From Candidatus Poribacteria bacterium (lineage in GTDB: Bacteria > Poribacteria > WGA-4E > WGA-3G), in the NCBI GenBank assembly GCA_965197475.1, contig CBDANF010000003.1, positions 2,240,001 through 2,304,000 on the forward strand: DNA of 64,000 nucleotides, given 5' to 3'. Below, piece after piece: positions 19,184 to 29,616 of this stretch (position 1 is its first letter; every line of letters starts with the position of its first letter). The notes below the pieces were generated by a model. The model searched no databases, had not been told where the DNA came from, and saw only the letters and a list, made by a program, of their open reading frames with translations. A program made the position numbers and the translations under genes.

Positions 19184-20059
19184 TTAAGTCAATCCTGTTT
19201 CCGCAAGTGTGTTTCGGAGGGATTCAAGATTCGCTGGTGTCATCGGTGCAAGCGGAAGTCGGACTTTTCCGTTGAGTTTACCCATCAACATCAACGCTGT
19301 TTTTGCCGGAATAGGATTCGTTTCAATAAACAAGTTAACCGCTAACGGCAAGGTTTTATAGTGGAGTTTTCGAGCAAGTTCAAGATTTCCAGCATGGAAT
19401 GCATTACACATTTCTGCTACATCGGAGGGGGCAATGTTCGCGACAACCGAGATAACCCCTTTTCCACCCACTGCCATTATCGGCAGTGTGTTGACATCAT
19501 CACCAGAAAGGACAACAAAATCATCGTGACATAGGTTGACAACTTCACTTGCGCGCTTGAGTTCTCCTGTTGCTTCCTTGAGTGCGACAATGTTCGGATG
19601 TTCTGCAAGACGCGCAATCGTCGGTGAAAGGATGTCTGTCCCACACCGTCCGGGAACGTTGTAGACAATAATCGGGATGTCAACCGAGTCCGCTATCTTC
19701 ATATAGTGCGCGTATAGACCATCTTGTGTCGGTTTGTTGTAGTAGGGGGTGACAATAAGTGCGGCATCCGCACCGGCGGCTTTAGCGTGCTGTGTTGCGC
19801 GCAGCGTACGTGTTGTTGAGTTAGAGCCAGTACCAGCAATGACAGGGACCCGTCCATTTACTGTATCAACGGTGATTTCTATCACTCTGTCGTGTTCAAC
19901 CTCAGAAAGCGCAGGGGATTCGCCTGTTGTGCCACACGGGACGATGCCGTGTGTGCCGCCTTCAACCTGAAGCTGAATCAGTTCTTTCAGTTTTGCTTCA
20001 TCTAACGATTCATCGTCCTTAAAAGGTGTAACGAGTGCAACATAAGACCCCTCAAACAT
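19184..20059 (-). CDS. dapA: 4-hydroxy-tetrahydrodipicolinate synthase
   Basis: CGTTGES, PYYNKP, YNVPGR, LKEA, SGDD, ETNPIP. Confidence 0.97.
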   Translation of the reverse strand: MFEGSYVALVTPFKDDESLDEAKLKELIQLQVEGGTHGIVPCGTTGESPALSEVEHDRVIEITVDTVNGRVPVIAGTGSNSTTRTLRATQHAKAAGADAALIVTPYYNKPTQDGLYAHYMKIADSVDIPIIVYNVPGRCGTDILSPTIARLAEHPNIVALKEATGELKRASEVVNLCHDDFVVLSGDDVNTLPIMAVGGKGVISVVANIAPSDVAEMCNAFHAGNLELARKLHYKTLPLAVNLFIETNPIPAKTALMLMGKLNGKVRLPLAPMTPANLESLRNTLAETGLT

Positions 20060-20107
20060 TTAAATCCTCCTTGATGACTACGGCACAACAGCTGTGCCCT
20101 GCTACTA

Positions 20108-20941
20108 TCAATAATCCCATGCTTCTGATGTGAGTTCGCCTGCAAAAATAACGCGAGCATCGCCTTCAAGATAGACATTTTTTGCCGCATCGTTTTCCAA
20201 ATCAAAATGAATCTTCAAAACAACACCACTTGCTGTTTTGACAGAAACAGGTGATTTAACTTTGCCTAAAGTTGCAGAAACAATAGCTGAAGCAATAGAC
20301 CCTGTGCCGCAAGCCAGCGTCTCATTTTCAACGCCCCGTTCATACGTACGAATTTCAATTAGTTCTTGTGAATGGATACGGATAAAATTCGCATTGGTGC
20401 CAGCAGGCTTAAAATCGTTATGATAACGTGTCTGCTGTCCGAGGTCAAAAACATCAGTTGCTTCCAAGTCGTCTACAAAGAAAACGACATGCGGCACACC
20501 GCTATTTGCAAAACCCACGTTATGGGCACCATCCTCAAGACGAAGTGGCACATTAATCCGAATGTCCGTTGGGTTGCTCATACCTACTTTAACGTTATCA
20601 CCTACGACTTCGGCTTCATAAATACCGGCATTTGTCAAAAATCGCATCTGTTCTGACACAATACCGTTCAGATACGCGTATTTGGAGATACACCTTGCGC
20701 CGTTTCCGCAGGTTTCAACCTCGCCACCATCGGCATTGAAGTATCGCATCCGAAAATCAACATCTTCTGTCGGTTCAACGAGCAATACACCATCAGCACC
20801 GACTGACATACGGCGTTGGCATACCTTTGTGACGAAATTCATGAATTTAGAATCTGTGCTATCAACGATTTGGTTCAGATTGTTGATGATAACGAAGTCG
20901 TTGCCCGCGCCACTGAGTTTCATAAAAGGTATTTTATTCAT
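20108..20941 (-). CDS. dapF: Diaminopimelate epimerase
   Basis: GAGNDF, GADG, NADG..ETCGNG, GVPH, YERGVE.ETLACGTG. Confidence 0.97.
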   Translation of the reverse strand: MNKIPFMKLSGAGNDFVIINNLNQIVDSTDSKFMNFVTKVCQRRMSVGADGVLLVEPTEDVDFRMRYFNADGGEVETCGNGARCISKYAYLNGIVSEQMRFLTNAGIYEAEVVGDNVKVGMSNPTDIRINVPLRLEDGAHNVGFANSGVPHVVFFVDDLEATDVFDLGQQTRYHNDFKPAGTNANFIRIHSQELIEIRTYERGVENETLACGTGSIASAIVSATLGKVKSPVSVKTASGVVLKIHFDLENDAAKNVYLEGDARVIFAGELTSEAWDY

Positions 20942-21000
20942 ACCAGGTCCTTAATTTGTGTCAATTTATGTCTTTCTTATATGATAAAATTATTCTGCTA

Positions 21001-22041
21001 TTACGTCAAGGCATTTTCATAGTGAAAGTGGCTTATCATAAATTGGTTTGTGTGTTCTTGAGATCGGTACGCATGCCTACGAAGTTCTTCAATGATTCCT
21101 AAAACACCATCGTAACTATTGCATGTAACCAAACGGGTCCGGAAAGGTTTGACGTGAGGGATGCCTTTAAAATAATTTCCATAGTGCCGCCGCATCTCTA
21201 TTAATCCGAGTTTTAAGCCTTTCCATTTAATGGAGAAATCCAGATGTTTTCTAAAAACAGCGATTCGTTCATCAATTGACGGCAGAGGAAGCAATTCACT
21301 GGTAGCGAAATAGTGTTTAATTTCATTGAAAATCCATGGGTATCCGATCGCAGCACGACCAATCATAATGCCATCCACGCCGTATTGTTGCCGCATCTGG
21401 GCTGCTTTTTGTGGACTATCCACATCGCCGTTGCCAAAAACAGGGATGGTCATGCGCGGGTTATCTTTGATCTTGCCGATGAGCGTCCAGTCAGCGTCAC
21501 CTTTGTACATCTGACGGCGTGTTCTGCCGTGAATGGCAATAGCACAGATACCAACATCTTGTAGCCGTTCAGCAACCTCAACAATATACTTCGTGTTATC
21601 GTCCCATCCTAATCGCGTTTTGACGGTTACAGGCAACGTAGTAGTTTTTACCATTTCAGCAGTCATCTTAACCATTTTCGGAATGTCCTGCAAAATGCCT
21701 GCGCCTGCCCCTTTACAAGTGACCTTTTTGACTGGACATCCGTAATTAATGTCAATGATGTCAGGTTGGACACGTTCAGTGATTTCAACCGATTCCCGCA
21801 TCACCTCTATATCATGTCCAAAAATTTGGATACCAATTGGTTTTTCGGCTTCAAAGATGTCTAATTTGGCAACACTCTGCGCAGCATCACGGATAAGTGC
21901 CTCGGAAGATATAAATTCAGTATACATGATATCCGCACCGTTCTCTTTGCACACTGCACGAAAAGGCGGATCGCTGACATCTTCCATCGGGGCAAGCAGG
22001 AGGGGGAAATGTGGGATATTGAGGTTGCCAATTGTGAGCAT
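21001..22041 (-). CDS. dusB: tRNA-dihydrouridine synthase B
   Basis: LAPMEDVSD, DINYGCP, TVKTRLGWD, IHGRT, GNGD, MIGR. Likely start is MLTIGNL at 22041; the ORF track fuses it to the upstream toxin. Confidence 0.93.
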   Translation of the reverse strand: MLTIGNLNIPHFPLLLAPMEDVSDPPFRAVCKENGADIMYTEFISSEALIRDAAQSVAKLDIFEAEKPIGIQIFGHDIEVMRESVEITERVQPDIIDINYGCPVKKVTCKGAGAGILQDIPKMVKMTAEMVKTTTLPVTVKTRLGWDDNTKYIVEVAERLQDVGICAIAIHGRTRRQMYKGDADWTLIGKIKDNPRMTIPVFGNGDVDSPQKAAQMRQQYGVDGIMIGRAAIGYPWIFNEIKHYFATSELLPLPSIDERIAVFRKHLDFSIKWKGLKLGLIEMRRHYGNYFKGIPHVKPFRTRLVTCNSYDGVLGIIEELRRHAYRSQEHTNQFMISHFHYENALT

Positions 22042-22063
22042 AGAATAATTTTCTTGGGTAAAT

Positions 22064-22330
22064 TTAGATATATTGCTGTCGGATTCGCCGCATGTATTCA
22101 TCATGCTTTCCAATCCAATACCAGACAAAAATTCCATCTTTTTCCGCGCTAATGCGCGATAATCCCTACTGATTCTTGCAGACCAAAGATCTTTTCCAAC
22201 CTTTTTGAAATCCAAGGAAGGATGTTTTGGGTCTTGCTTCAACAGTGCAAAACTCTTGTCTGCACGTTGTTGAATCTGTCGTGAAAGATTTTGATAACAT
22301 GCCCAAAAAGCTTGATTAGTTTTATAGATC
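22064..22330 (-). pseudogene. RelE/ParE/HigB-superfamily toxin, frameshifted at the A5 run (22139-22143)
   Basis: KTNQAFWACY...HPSLDFKKVG..WSARISRDYRALA, then with one added A: DGIFVWYWIGKHDEY..*. No canonical start codon at the expected position. Confidence 0.75.
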
Positions 22331-22624
22331 GGTACACTTTCCTGCACGTAAATCCTCAAGAGCCTTTTCGCCCAATTTATCAAGTTTTCCAGCTTTGATG
22401 TCTTCTTCTAACTGTTTATCCCATGCTTCCCAATCAGCTTCTAAAGTTTCATAAAGCGTTTGTTCAAGGGTTTTCAGGAGTGCTTCTTTCGTGGTATCCT
22501 CGCACTTCACTTTGGGATGTTCCTGTATCCATCCCATCCATCCATCTCCGTTCCTTTGGACGTGAGCGGTATAGGTTGTTTCATATTCCGAATCATAGAT
22601 TTTGACGGTCTGAATTTCTTCCAT
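22322..22624 (-). CDS. Antitoxin (HicB-like N-terminus plus WDxQxExD...GKLD tail)
   Basis: GWMGWIQEHP.V.CE..TKEALL; WDKQLEEDIKAGKLDKL...LRAGKCTDL; overlaps the toxin-like ORF. Confidence 0.7.
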   Translation of the reverse strand: MEEIQTVKIYDSEYETTYTAHVQRNGDGWMGWIQEHPKVKCEDTTKEALLKTLEQTLYETLEADWEAWDKQLEEDIKAGKLDKLGEKALEDLRAGKCTDL

Positions 22625-22722
22625 GGGTGTTTCCTAATGTTAGAATTTAGGTTAAGGTTTATTATACCTTACAATAGTGCTGTTGTCAAGAAAATCCCAA
22701 ACTAAATAACTCTGTTTTATGC

Positions 22723-23120
22723 TTGAAGAAGCTTCCAAAATCTGATAATATTACATATAAGCGGGAAAGAGGATCCATTTCTAAATATTCTTTTATATGC
22801 GCGTCTGCGTTTGCGAAGTTGACCGTCGAAGATTTAGAGAAGATTTGCCAGATTGTGAATGATGCCGAGTTATGGATAGAGAAGCGCATCACGGATCAAG
22901 AGAAAACATTTCTGATCTAATTCAAGCGCAAGGGAAACGTCTCGACTTTCATGGCGCGTTGATTATCGCACTAATTGTAGCGATAATTGGTTTTGTTAGC
23001 GTGTCTTTAAGGCTCATCACTTATCAGCATAGCAAACTCCGCGTACAACAATATGAAGAAATCAAGGCGTTACGTGAGAAAATTGAGGCACTTGAAGAAA
23101 ATCGAATACTCAGAGTTTAG
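22723..23120 (+). pseudogene. Degraded coiled-coil/TM hypothetical protein split over two frames
   Basis: Overlapping ORFs 22723-22920 and 22872-23120 join into LTVEDLEKI...RLDFHGALIIALIVAIIG...IKALREKIEALE. Confidence 0.45.
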
Positions 23121-23160
23121 TCACGATCCACCACAGAAAAACAAATAGGAGGCCAACTAT

Positions 23161-24977
23161 ATGAACAAACCGGAGGGGGAACTCCGATCTATACTTGCTA
23201 CAGATTGCGGCAGCACAACCACAAAAGCAATTCTTATTGAAAAACGGGGTGACGAGTATCAACTTGTAGTGCGCGGGGAGGCACCAACTACCGTTGAAGC
23301 TCCCGTTGAAGACGTTACTGCAGGCGTTATCAATGCTATTACGGAAGTTGAGGAACTTGCCGGACGCAAACTCCTTGACAACGGCGTTATCATCAAACCA
23401 CAAAACGGAGATGAGGGAGTTGACATCTATATTTCAACAAGTAGTGCTGGTGGTGGGTTACAGATGATGGTGGCGGGTGTAGTCCGCAGTATGACTGGCG
23501 AAAGTGCCGAACGTGCGGCACTTGGTGCTGGGGCTATTGTCATGGATGTCATCGCCTCAAACGACAAACGCTTACCACACGAAAAAATAGAACGAATTCG
23601 GCATCTTCGGCCCGATATGCTCCTTCTCTCTGGGGCATTGATGGCGGCACAACCTCACACGTAGTTGAATTGGCTGAGATAATCGCAGCATCGCGTCCGC
23701 AACCACGGCTTGGTATTGCTTATGAACTTCCGCTTATCTATGCAGGGAACAAAGATGCTCGCGAACTGATCCGCGAACGTTTAGATGATGTGATGTCTCT
23801 GGATATAGTAGACAACCTTCGTCCAGTATTAGAACGTGAAAACTTAATGCCCACCCGATACAAAATTCAGGAACAATTTCTTGAACACGTGATGGCACAT
23901 GCACCCGGTTACAAAAAACTTATTGAGTGGACAGATGCTCCAATTATGCCAACCCCAGGAGCAGTCGGTGAGATTATCCAGTCAGTTTCATCGCAGCAGG
24001 ATATTCAGGTTGTCGGCGTTGATATCGGTGGCGCGACGACAGATGTATTTTCCGTGTTCAAAAACCGTGATACGGAAGCGATCTTCAACCGAACTGTGAG
24101 TGCTAACCTCGGTATGAGTTATAGCGTTTCCAATGTGCTTGCTGAAGCAGGTATAGAAAACGTCTTACGATGGGTGCCTTTTGATATTGAGGTTGGCGAT
24201 CTTCGAAATCGAGTGAAAAACAAGATGATTCGTCCAACCACAATTCCGCAAACTTTGCAAGAATTAGTTTTGGAGCAAGCAATTGCTCGCGAAGCACTCC
24301 GCCTGGCTTTTGAACAACACAAGCAGTTGGCAGTGGAATTGCGGGGTGTGCAACAGCAGCGCACCATATCCGAAGCCTTTGATCAGGCAGAAAGTGGACA
24401 GACGCTTGTTAATATGTTTGCTTTAGATATGTTAGTCGGCAGTGGAGGTGTTCTATCACATGCACCGCGCCGTCAGCAATCAATGCTCATGATGATTGAC
24501 GCATTTCAACCTCAAGGACTAACCCATCTTGCAGTAGATAGTATTTTTATGATGCCTCAACTCGGTGTCCTTACACAAGTTAATGCTGAAGCTGCAACAC
24601 AAGTCTTTGAACGTGATTGCCTAATCCATCTCGGCACCTGTGTGGCACCTGTTGGTGTTGGAAAAGAAGGTGACACGTGTCTTTCCATAGAACTAAGTAG
24701 CTCAGACAAATTAGTTGTCACTGAAGATATTCCGTATGGAGAACTACGCCTCTATCCTCTGGCACTTGGAGAAAAAGGCTCGCTGAAACTCCAACCATCT
24801 CGACGATTTGACCTCGGTGCTGGACATGGAACACCTATTGAAACAGATGCTTTAGGCGGCGTAGTTGGATTGGTAATTGATACACGAGGCAGACCGCTTG
24901 AAATTCCAACAGATTCTGCCCAGCGCGTTGCGCAGCTCACAAAGTGGCAGAAAGCATTGGACATATACCCGTCTTAA
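23161..24977 (+). CDS. glmL: Glutamate mutase L (GlmL/MutL) family actin-like ATPase; single frameshift at G4 23632-23635
   Basis: TDCGSTTTKA, TSSAGGGL, ALGAGA, VDIGGATTDVFS, RTVSANLGMSYS. One added G restores LSGGIDGG. Confidence 0.85.
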
Positions 24978-25211
24978 AAGTAGTAGGCACGCGCGTCAAA
25001 TGCCATAAGTGCATTTGGCGTTGATTTAGATTATCTTTTGCAAGAGGGATTTGTAACCCGATTTAAGTGGATAGAAGTAGCCCGGTCCAAATATAGCATC
25101 AAAATCTAAAACGAAATGCCTAATTTCTTTACAAAAATTATGAAAAATAGTATCATATTGAAGTTATTGACAGATTGTTATAACTAATTTTATTTTTAAA
25201 GGAGATAAAAA

Positions 25212-26033
25212 ATGAAACGATTTTACTTTTTTATATTAGCAATCACGCTAAGTTTAGGATTAGTTTTCAGTGCGACAAATCTCGCGTTTGCAGTGAAGTT
25301 AATCTCAAGGGAGGTCCCTTGAAAGAAGGCGAATTCTTCGCCAATCCCCCTGGAAAGAATGAGGAAGATCACTCCGGAGTTAACACCTGGATCAGCAAAT
25401 GGTACGGACCTGATGGTAACTACACAAATAACGGTGGTGCTGGAATCATACAAACAGATCTTATTGACGAAGGCATCAATGGAAAACTGACGCAGGAAAC
25501 CTTTTCCACGCTTGCTGGTTTGCAGAAGACAAAAACTATCAACGAAATTGATTGGGATGGACACGGTGGAACCCGGGAATGGAATGTCTTTGAACTGCCT
25601 ATAGCAGACGATAATAACATGAACAGAGGCGGGCCCCCCAGATAATATTGACATCCATGGTATTCTTGTGATTGATTCACCAAAAGCGATGACATCCGTA
25701 ATGTCGCCTGCACATGATAACAATGCGCAGATATGGATTAATGGAGAGAAATGGTACTATCACCCTGACTGGACAGGTGCTGCCAGAAAAGTACACTTCA
25801 ACGTTGAGATATCATTGGAAAAAGGGGCAAACGTACTCCTTTTTCGTGTGACTGAAGTTGGAGGAGGTGCTTACATGAACCTTCACTTTGACGATGCTAC
25901 ACACGATGCTGTTAAAATTTATCCCGATAAAGCTACTAACCAAGCAGAATTCTTCCAAGAAGTTGCGGGTATTCTACCTGTTGAACCCGCAGGAAAGTTA
26001 ACGACTATCTGGGCAGATATAAAGCGGAAATAG
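25212..26033 (+). CDS. Secreted protein (signal peptide, jelly-roll-like domain, C-terminal VEPAGKLTTIWADIK tail); two frameshifts (~25293, ~25634-25639)
   Basis: AGGAG RBS and MKRFYFFILAITLSLGLVFSATNLAFA signal; consecutive ORFs 25319-25645 and 25668-26033 join by single-base shifts. Confidence 0.7.
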
Positions 26034-26072
26034 ATCGCAATTAATCCTACAACTTTATAGTAGTGTTGCTTT

Positions 26073-26984
26073 TATAGTAAATCCCGTAATTACTTATACA
26101 CTTTTATAATATCATCAATAGAAGTCTGAGCATTGTATTGACGTATCCGCTTGATGTTGGCGAAATCCTTCTCAATCGGATTCAACTCCGGTGAATACGG
26201 TGGTAAAAACAACAAACTCGCACCGCAATCCCGGATCAATGCCGCCGTCTGTGAACCTTTGTGGAAAGACGCATTATCCATAATCACAACATGGCTATCG
26301 TCAAGCAATGGACACAACATTTCCGAAAGCCAACTGTTGAAGGCGACCGCATCGCAACTGCCCTTGAAAAGCACAGGTGCTGTGAAACATCCATCAAGCC
26401 GTGCCGCAATCAGCGTCGTGGTGGTATACCGATGGCTTGGCACTTTATCTTCAACACGGACACCTTTCGGGGCATAAGCATACCGACGGAAAGTGGTTTC
26501 AGTGAAACCACTTTCGTCAAGATAAACCGGTTTTTTGCCATGCTCCTGTGTCTCTTGTTGAAGTGCCGAAAGATACTCTTGGCGTTTTATCGGACACTGT
26601 TCTTTGTAGGTCGTTGTCTTTTTTTTCGCGTAATATTGAGTTTTGAGAAGGCATAAAAGATGCCGTTTGTTGAAACACCGAAGTGTTTGGCACGTTCGGC
26701 GAGTGTGGAATCTGGGAAATCGGCAACATGTTGCTGAAGTGCGTCATAATCAATATCTCGGGGACCTTTGGGTCCCGGTTTTTCACAGGCGAAGGGGTCT
26801 TCTGCTTCCAACCAGTTATAGATCGTTCTTCTTGAGACACAAAAAGTGCGTTCTGCGGCGGCTTTACTGCCACCATTATTGATGAAATCAAGCACGCGTT
26901 TGCGTCCATCTGTTGAATATGCCATAATCATAAAGGCTAACATAAATCACAGAAAATGTAAACTTATTTTCAGGATCTACTATA
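26073..26984 (-). mobile_element. IS630-family insertion sequence; transposase 26090-26925 via -1 frameshift
   Basis: MAYSTD.RKRV HTH; A8G slippery site at 26618-26626; YLDESGF, MDNASFH, LPPYSPELNPIE. Imperfect IRs TATAGTAAATCCCGTAAT / TATAGTAGATCCTGAAAAT with TA ends. Confidence 0.93.
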
Positions 26985-27258
26985 ACAAATTAATAATGTT
27001 AATCATCTAATGTTCTAATATGATCTCTGATAGGTTTACGTAAATCGTTTTCCGCTGCAGAATCTTCTATTTCTTATACTGAACTTACATGATTTAAGTC
27101 TCAAAACATGTAATAGAGGTGAATATTTACACGAGACATTAAAATCCTTCCACAAAACCTGAACCTTATTATTGTTACGTGAAATCGCTGAGCATCCAAG
27201 AACACTCTGTTCTATTCATTACACGCAACCTGAATTCAAACCCGGATTTTGGTAAAGG

Positions 27259-27447
27259 TATTGTAACCCCTAACCCACTTTTAACGTTTTAATTAAACGC
27301 AGTAACGTATCTCTTTAATTTCTAATATTTAGACGTAGGTTGTGCTCTGTAGGCAATGACGCAGTTCCACAGCAGTTGGCGTAAACGATATTGTGACAAG
27401 CGGTGCGTTAATTAGCAGGGCATCCTACTTCGTCTTGGGTTACAATA
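27259..27447. repeat. Degenerate MITE-like element
   Basis: 11-bp terminal IR TATTGTAACCC/GGGTTACAATA enclosing a decayed GTAGG...CCTAC palindrome. Confidence 0.5.
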
Positions 27448-27528
27448 ATATTTTTCAATTTACACGAACAATATAAGGAGAAAGCAAATTCGGAGCAGTT
27501 TTAGATTCCCCAAATTTGCTTTAGAAAT

Positions 27529-28374
27529 ATGGTCCTTGGTGCACATGTTTCCACTTCGGGTGGTATACATAACTCTATCAAGAATGGTGACAATCTCCAA
27601 TGCGACGCGATCCAAATTTTTCTCGCTAACCCAAACCGATGGGAATCAAAACCACCTACTGCTGAAGTACTTGAAAAATTTTGTGAAGCTTGGACAGATT
27701 CTCCTATTCAAGACGTTATTGTTCATGATATACATCTTAGCAATTTGGCATCACCCAAACAGGATGTGTTAGAAAAATCACAGAGACAGTTTAAACAAAT
27801 GATGGAACTTTCAGACAAAGCTGGGATTCAACACATCGTTACACACCTGGGGGCGCACCTTGGTGAGGGAGAAGAATTCGGCTTGAAGCAGTTAAGTGAC
27901 AGTTTTGATTTACTCTTTGAAACAGCTGAGGCACCAGATGTTACACTTCTGCTTGAAACCACTGCAGGGCAAGGCACAAACCTCGGTTACTGTTTTGAAC
28001 ACTTACGGGATATTATCAGTATGTCAAAATATCCAGATCGATTCGGTGTCTGCTTAGATACCTGTCACGTTTTCGCCGCTGGTTATGACATACGAACCGA
28101 AGAAAATTGTGATACTACATTTAATAAATTTGACGAAATCATCGGGTTAGAACGACTAAAGGCATTTCATATTAACGATGCTAAATCGGAGTATCAGAGT
28201 CGTGTAGATAGACATGAGCATATCGGCGAAGGAAATATCGGCGCAACGGCATTCGCGTATATCCTTAACGACGCACGTTTTGCTGAAACGCCGCTCATTA
28301 TTGAAACGCCGAATATGAACACAATGCACGGGAAAAACCTTACAACGCTTCGCGGTTTAGTGAAAAATAATTGA
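27529..28374 (+). CDS. nfo: Endonuclease IV
   Basis: LGAHVS, HLGAH, LETTAGQG, CLDTCHVFAAGYD, HINDAK, DRHEHIGEG.IG, IETP. Confidence 0.96.
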   Translation: MVLGAHVSTSGGIHNSIKNGDNLQCDAIQIFLANPNRWESKPPTAEVLEKFCEAWTDSPIQDVIVHDIHLSNLASPKQDVLEKSQRQFKQMMELSDKAGIQHIVTHLGAHLGEGEEFGLKQLSDSFDLLFETAEAPDVTLLLETTAGQGTNLGYCFEHLRDIISMSKYPDRFGVCLDTCHVFAAGYDIRTEENCDTTFNKFDEIIGLERLKAFHINDAKSEYQSRVDRHEHIGEGNIGATAFAYILNDARFAETPLIIETPNMNTMHGKNLTTLRGLVKNN

Positions 28375-28407
28375 TCATTTGTTCTATAGCCCCGTTTAAG
28401 GTAAAAA

Positions 28408-28602
28408 ATGCAGATCGGTGTGTGGGAGGTAGTATTTCTCATCCTCCTATTTTTGGGAATAATTTTAGTATCTCGGATAGTCACACATTTACAGACGAAA
28501 CGCGTCTGTCCTGATTGTGGTTTAGCAATGCACACATACTTATCAAATTGCCCTTCATGTGGCTGTGCCTTGCGGTTAAAGCGTAAAGGAAAGTCAGGAT
28601 AA
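28408..28602 (+). CDS. Small membrane protein with zinc ribbon
   Basis: N-terminal TM; CPDC...CPSC. Confidence 0.6.
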   Translation: MQIGVWEVVFLILLFLGIILVSRIVTHLQTKRVCPDCGLAMHTYLSNCPSCGCALRLKRKGKSG

Positions 28603-28786
28603 TCAAATTTACACTCTTTTATTGAAGGAATTGGAATTTTTGGAACGTTTTCCTGTTATTATTTTGGACACACTCAGTGGTAAATCTTACAATATAGGAA
28701 AATACATCTATTCCAAATATGATCTACCTATATGCGCGTTTGTCCTCTGAACAGACGCAAATTTCAGACGAAAAGGAGAAGCCATC

Positions 28787-29596
28787 ATGGCGAAAATCAA
28801 ATTAAGAATCCAAGGAACGTCCTGCTTGCACGGTGTCAAAACATCCGCGGATACGCTGATAGGGCTTAAAAGTGTTAAACAGTTGAAATTTCTCACCGCA
28901 TCTCTAATCTTACTTTTTAGCATAATCGGATGTTCCGATGTTCCTTATACCGGTCCAATACTTTCAGTTGACAGTGTAGACCGATACCTCAATTCAATAG
29001 GTGAAGATAAGATATGCCTACAAGACGGGTTTGATACGATTTGCCTAAAATTTACGCAAGTAGAAAGTGATGGTGAGAGTGATGGTGCAGCATTCATTCA
29101 CATTCATCCAACAAGCGTAGCCTACATATTCTATTTTGAAGGTTTTCCTATTTTGCAGGCAGAAAAGGCAATGGATACCACACAACTTGTACAAGGATTG
29201 GTAGATTCTGGAAGAGTTCAACTCCCTCCAAATAGTGATGCATCCAGCACTGGCAATATTGACACAGGCTGGACCATCCAAATATACTATCCAACGTCAT
29301 TCCCAGAAGCTAATCGTGGTGTAACACCTCAAACCAGTGGACTGGACATCAGGATTGCCGAAGGAATGAAGATAAGAATTTACACACGAGATGAACTTGA
29401 AATAAAGAACTTCGCACAAATCAACGGAGCTGATGGCATCCGTGGCGTTCAATTCTCTATTGATACAGAAGATCCTGAGATAACAATCCATGTAGATGGA
29501 TTAGTCCCTGGCTATACAGCAAAGTTTTACGTCAATGCGAATGACGTGGTCTCTGATGAAGACAGTAGTGCTTTCGAATTGGGGCTTTTACAGTAG
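28787..29596 (+). CDS. Putative lipoprotein, paralogue 1
   Basis: Hydrophobic stretch plus IIGCSDVPYTG; shares IHIHP..YxFY.EG and WxIQIYYP blocks with the next two genes. Confidence 0.7.
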   Translation: MAKIKLRIQGTSCLHGVKTSADTLIGLKSVKQLKFLTASLILLFSIIGCSDVPYTGPILSVDSVDRYLNSIGEDKICLQDGFDTICLKFTQVESDGESDGAAFIHIHPTSVAYIFYFEGFPILQAEKAMDTTQLVQGLVDSGRVQLPPNSDASSTGNIDTGWTIQIYYPTSFPEANRGVTPQTSGLDIRIAEGMKIRIYTRDELEIKNFAQINGADGIRGVQFSIDTEDPEITIHVDGLVPGYTAKFYVNANDVVSDEDSSAFELGLLQ

Positions 29597-29616
29597 ATTC
29601 TACGAGGAGTAACATC

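Noticed and set aside
21001-22383. 460 aa toxin-DusB fusion as a novel protein
   Set aside because: Explained by a one-base shift; the toxin's normal C-terminus (WYWIGKHDEY) lies in the adjacent frame.
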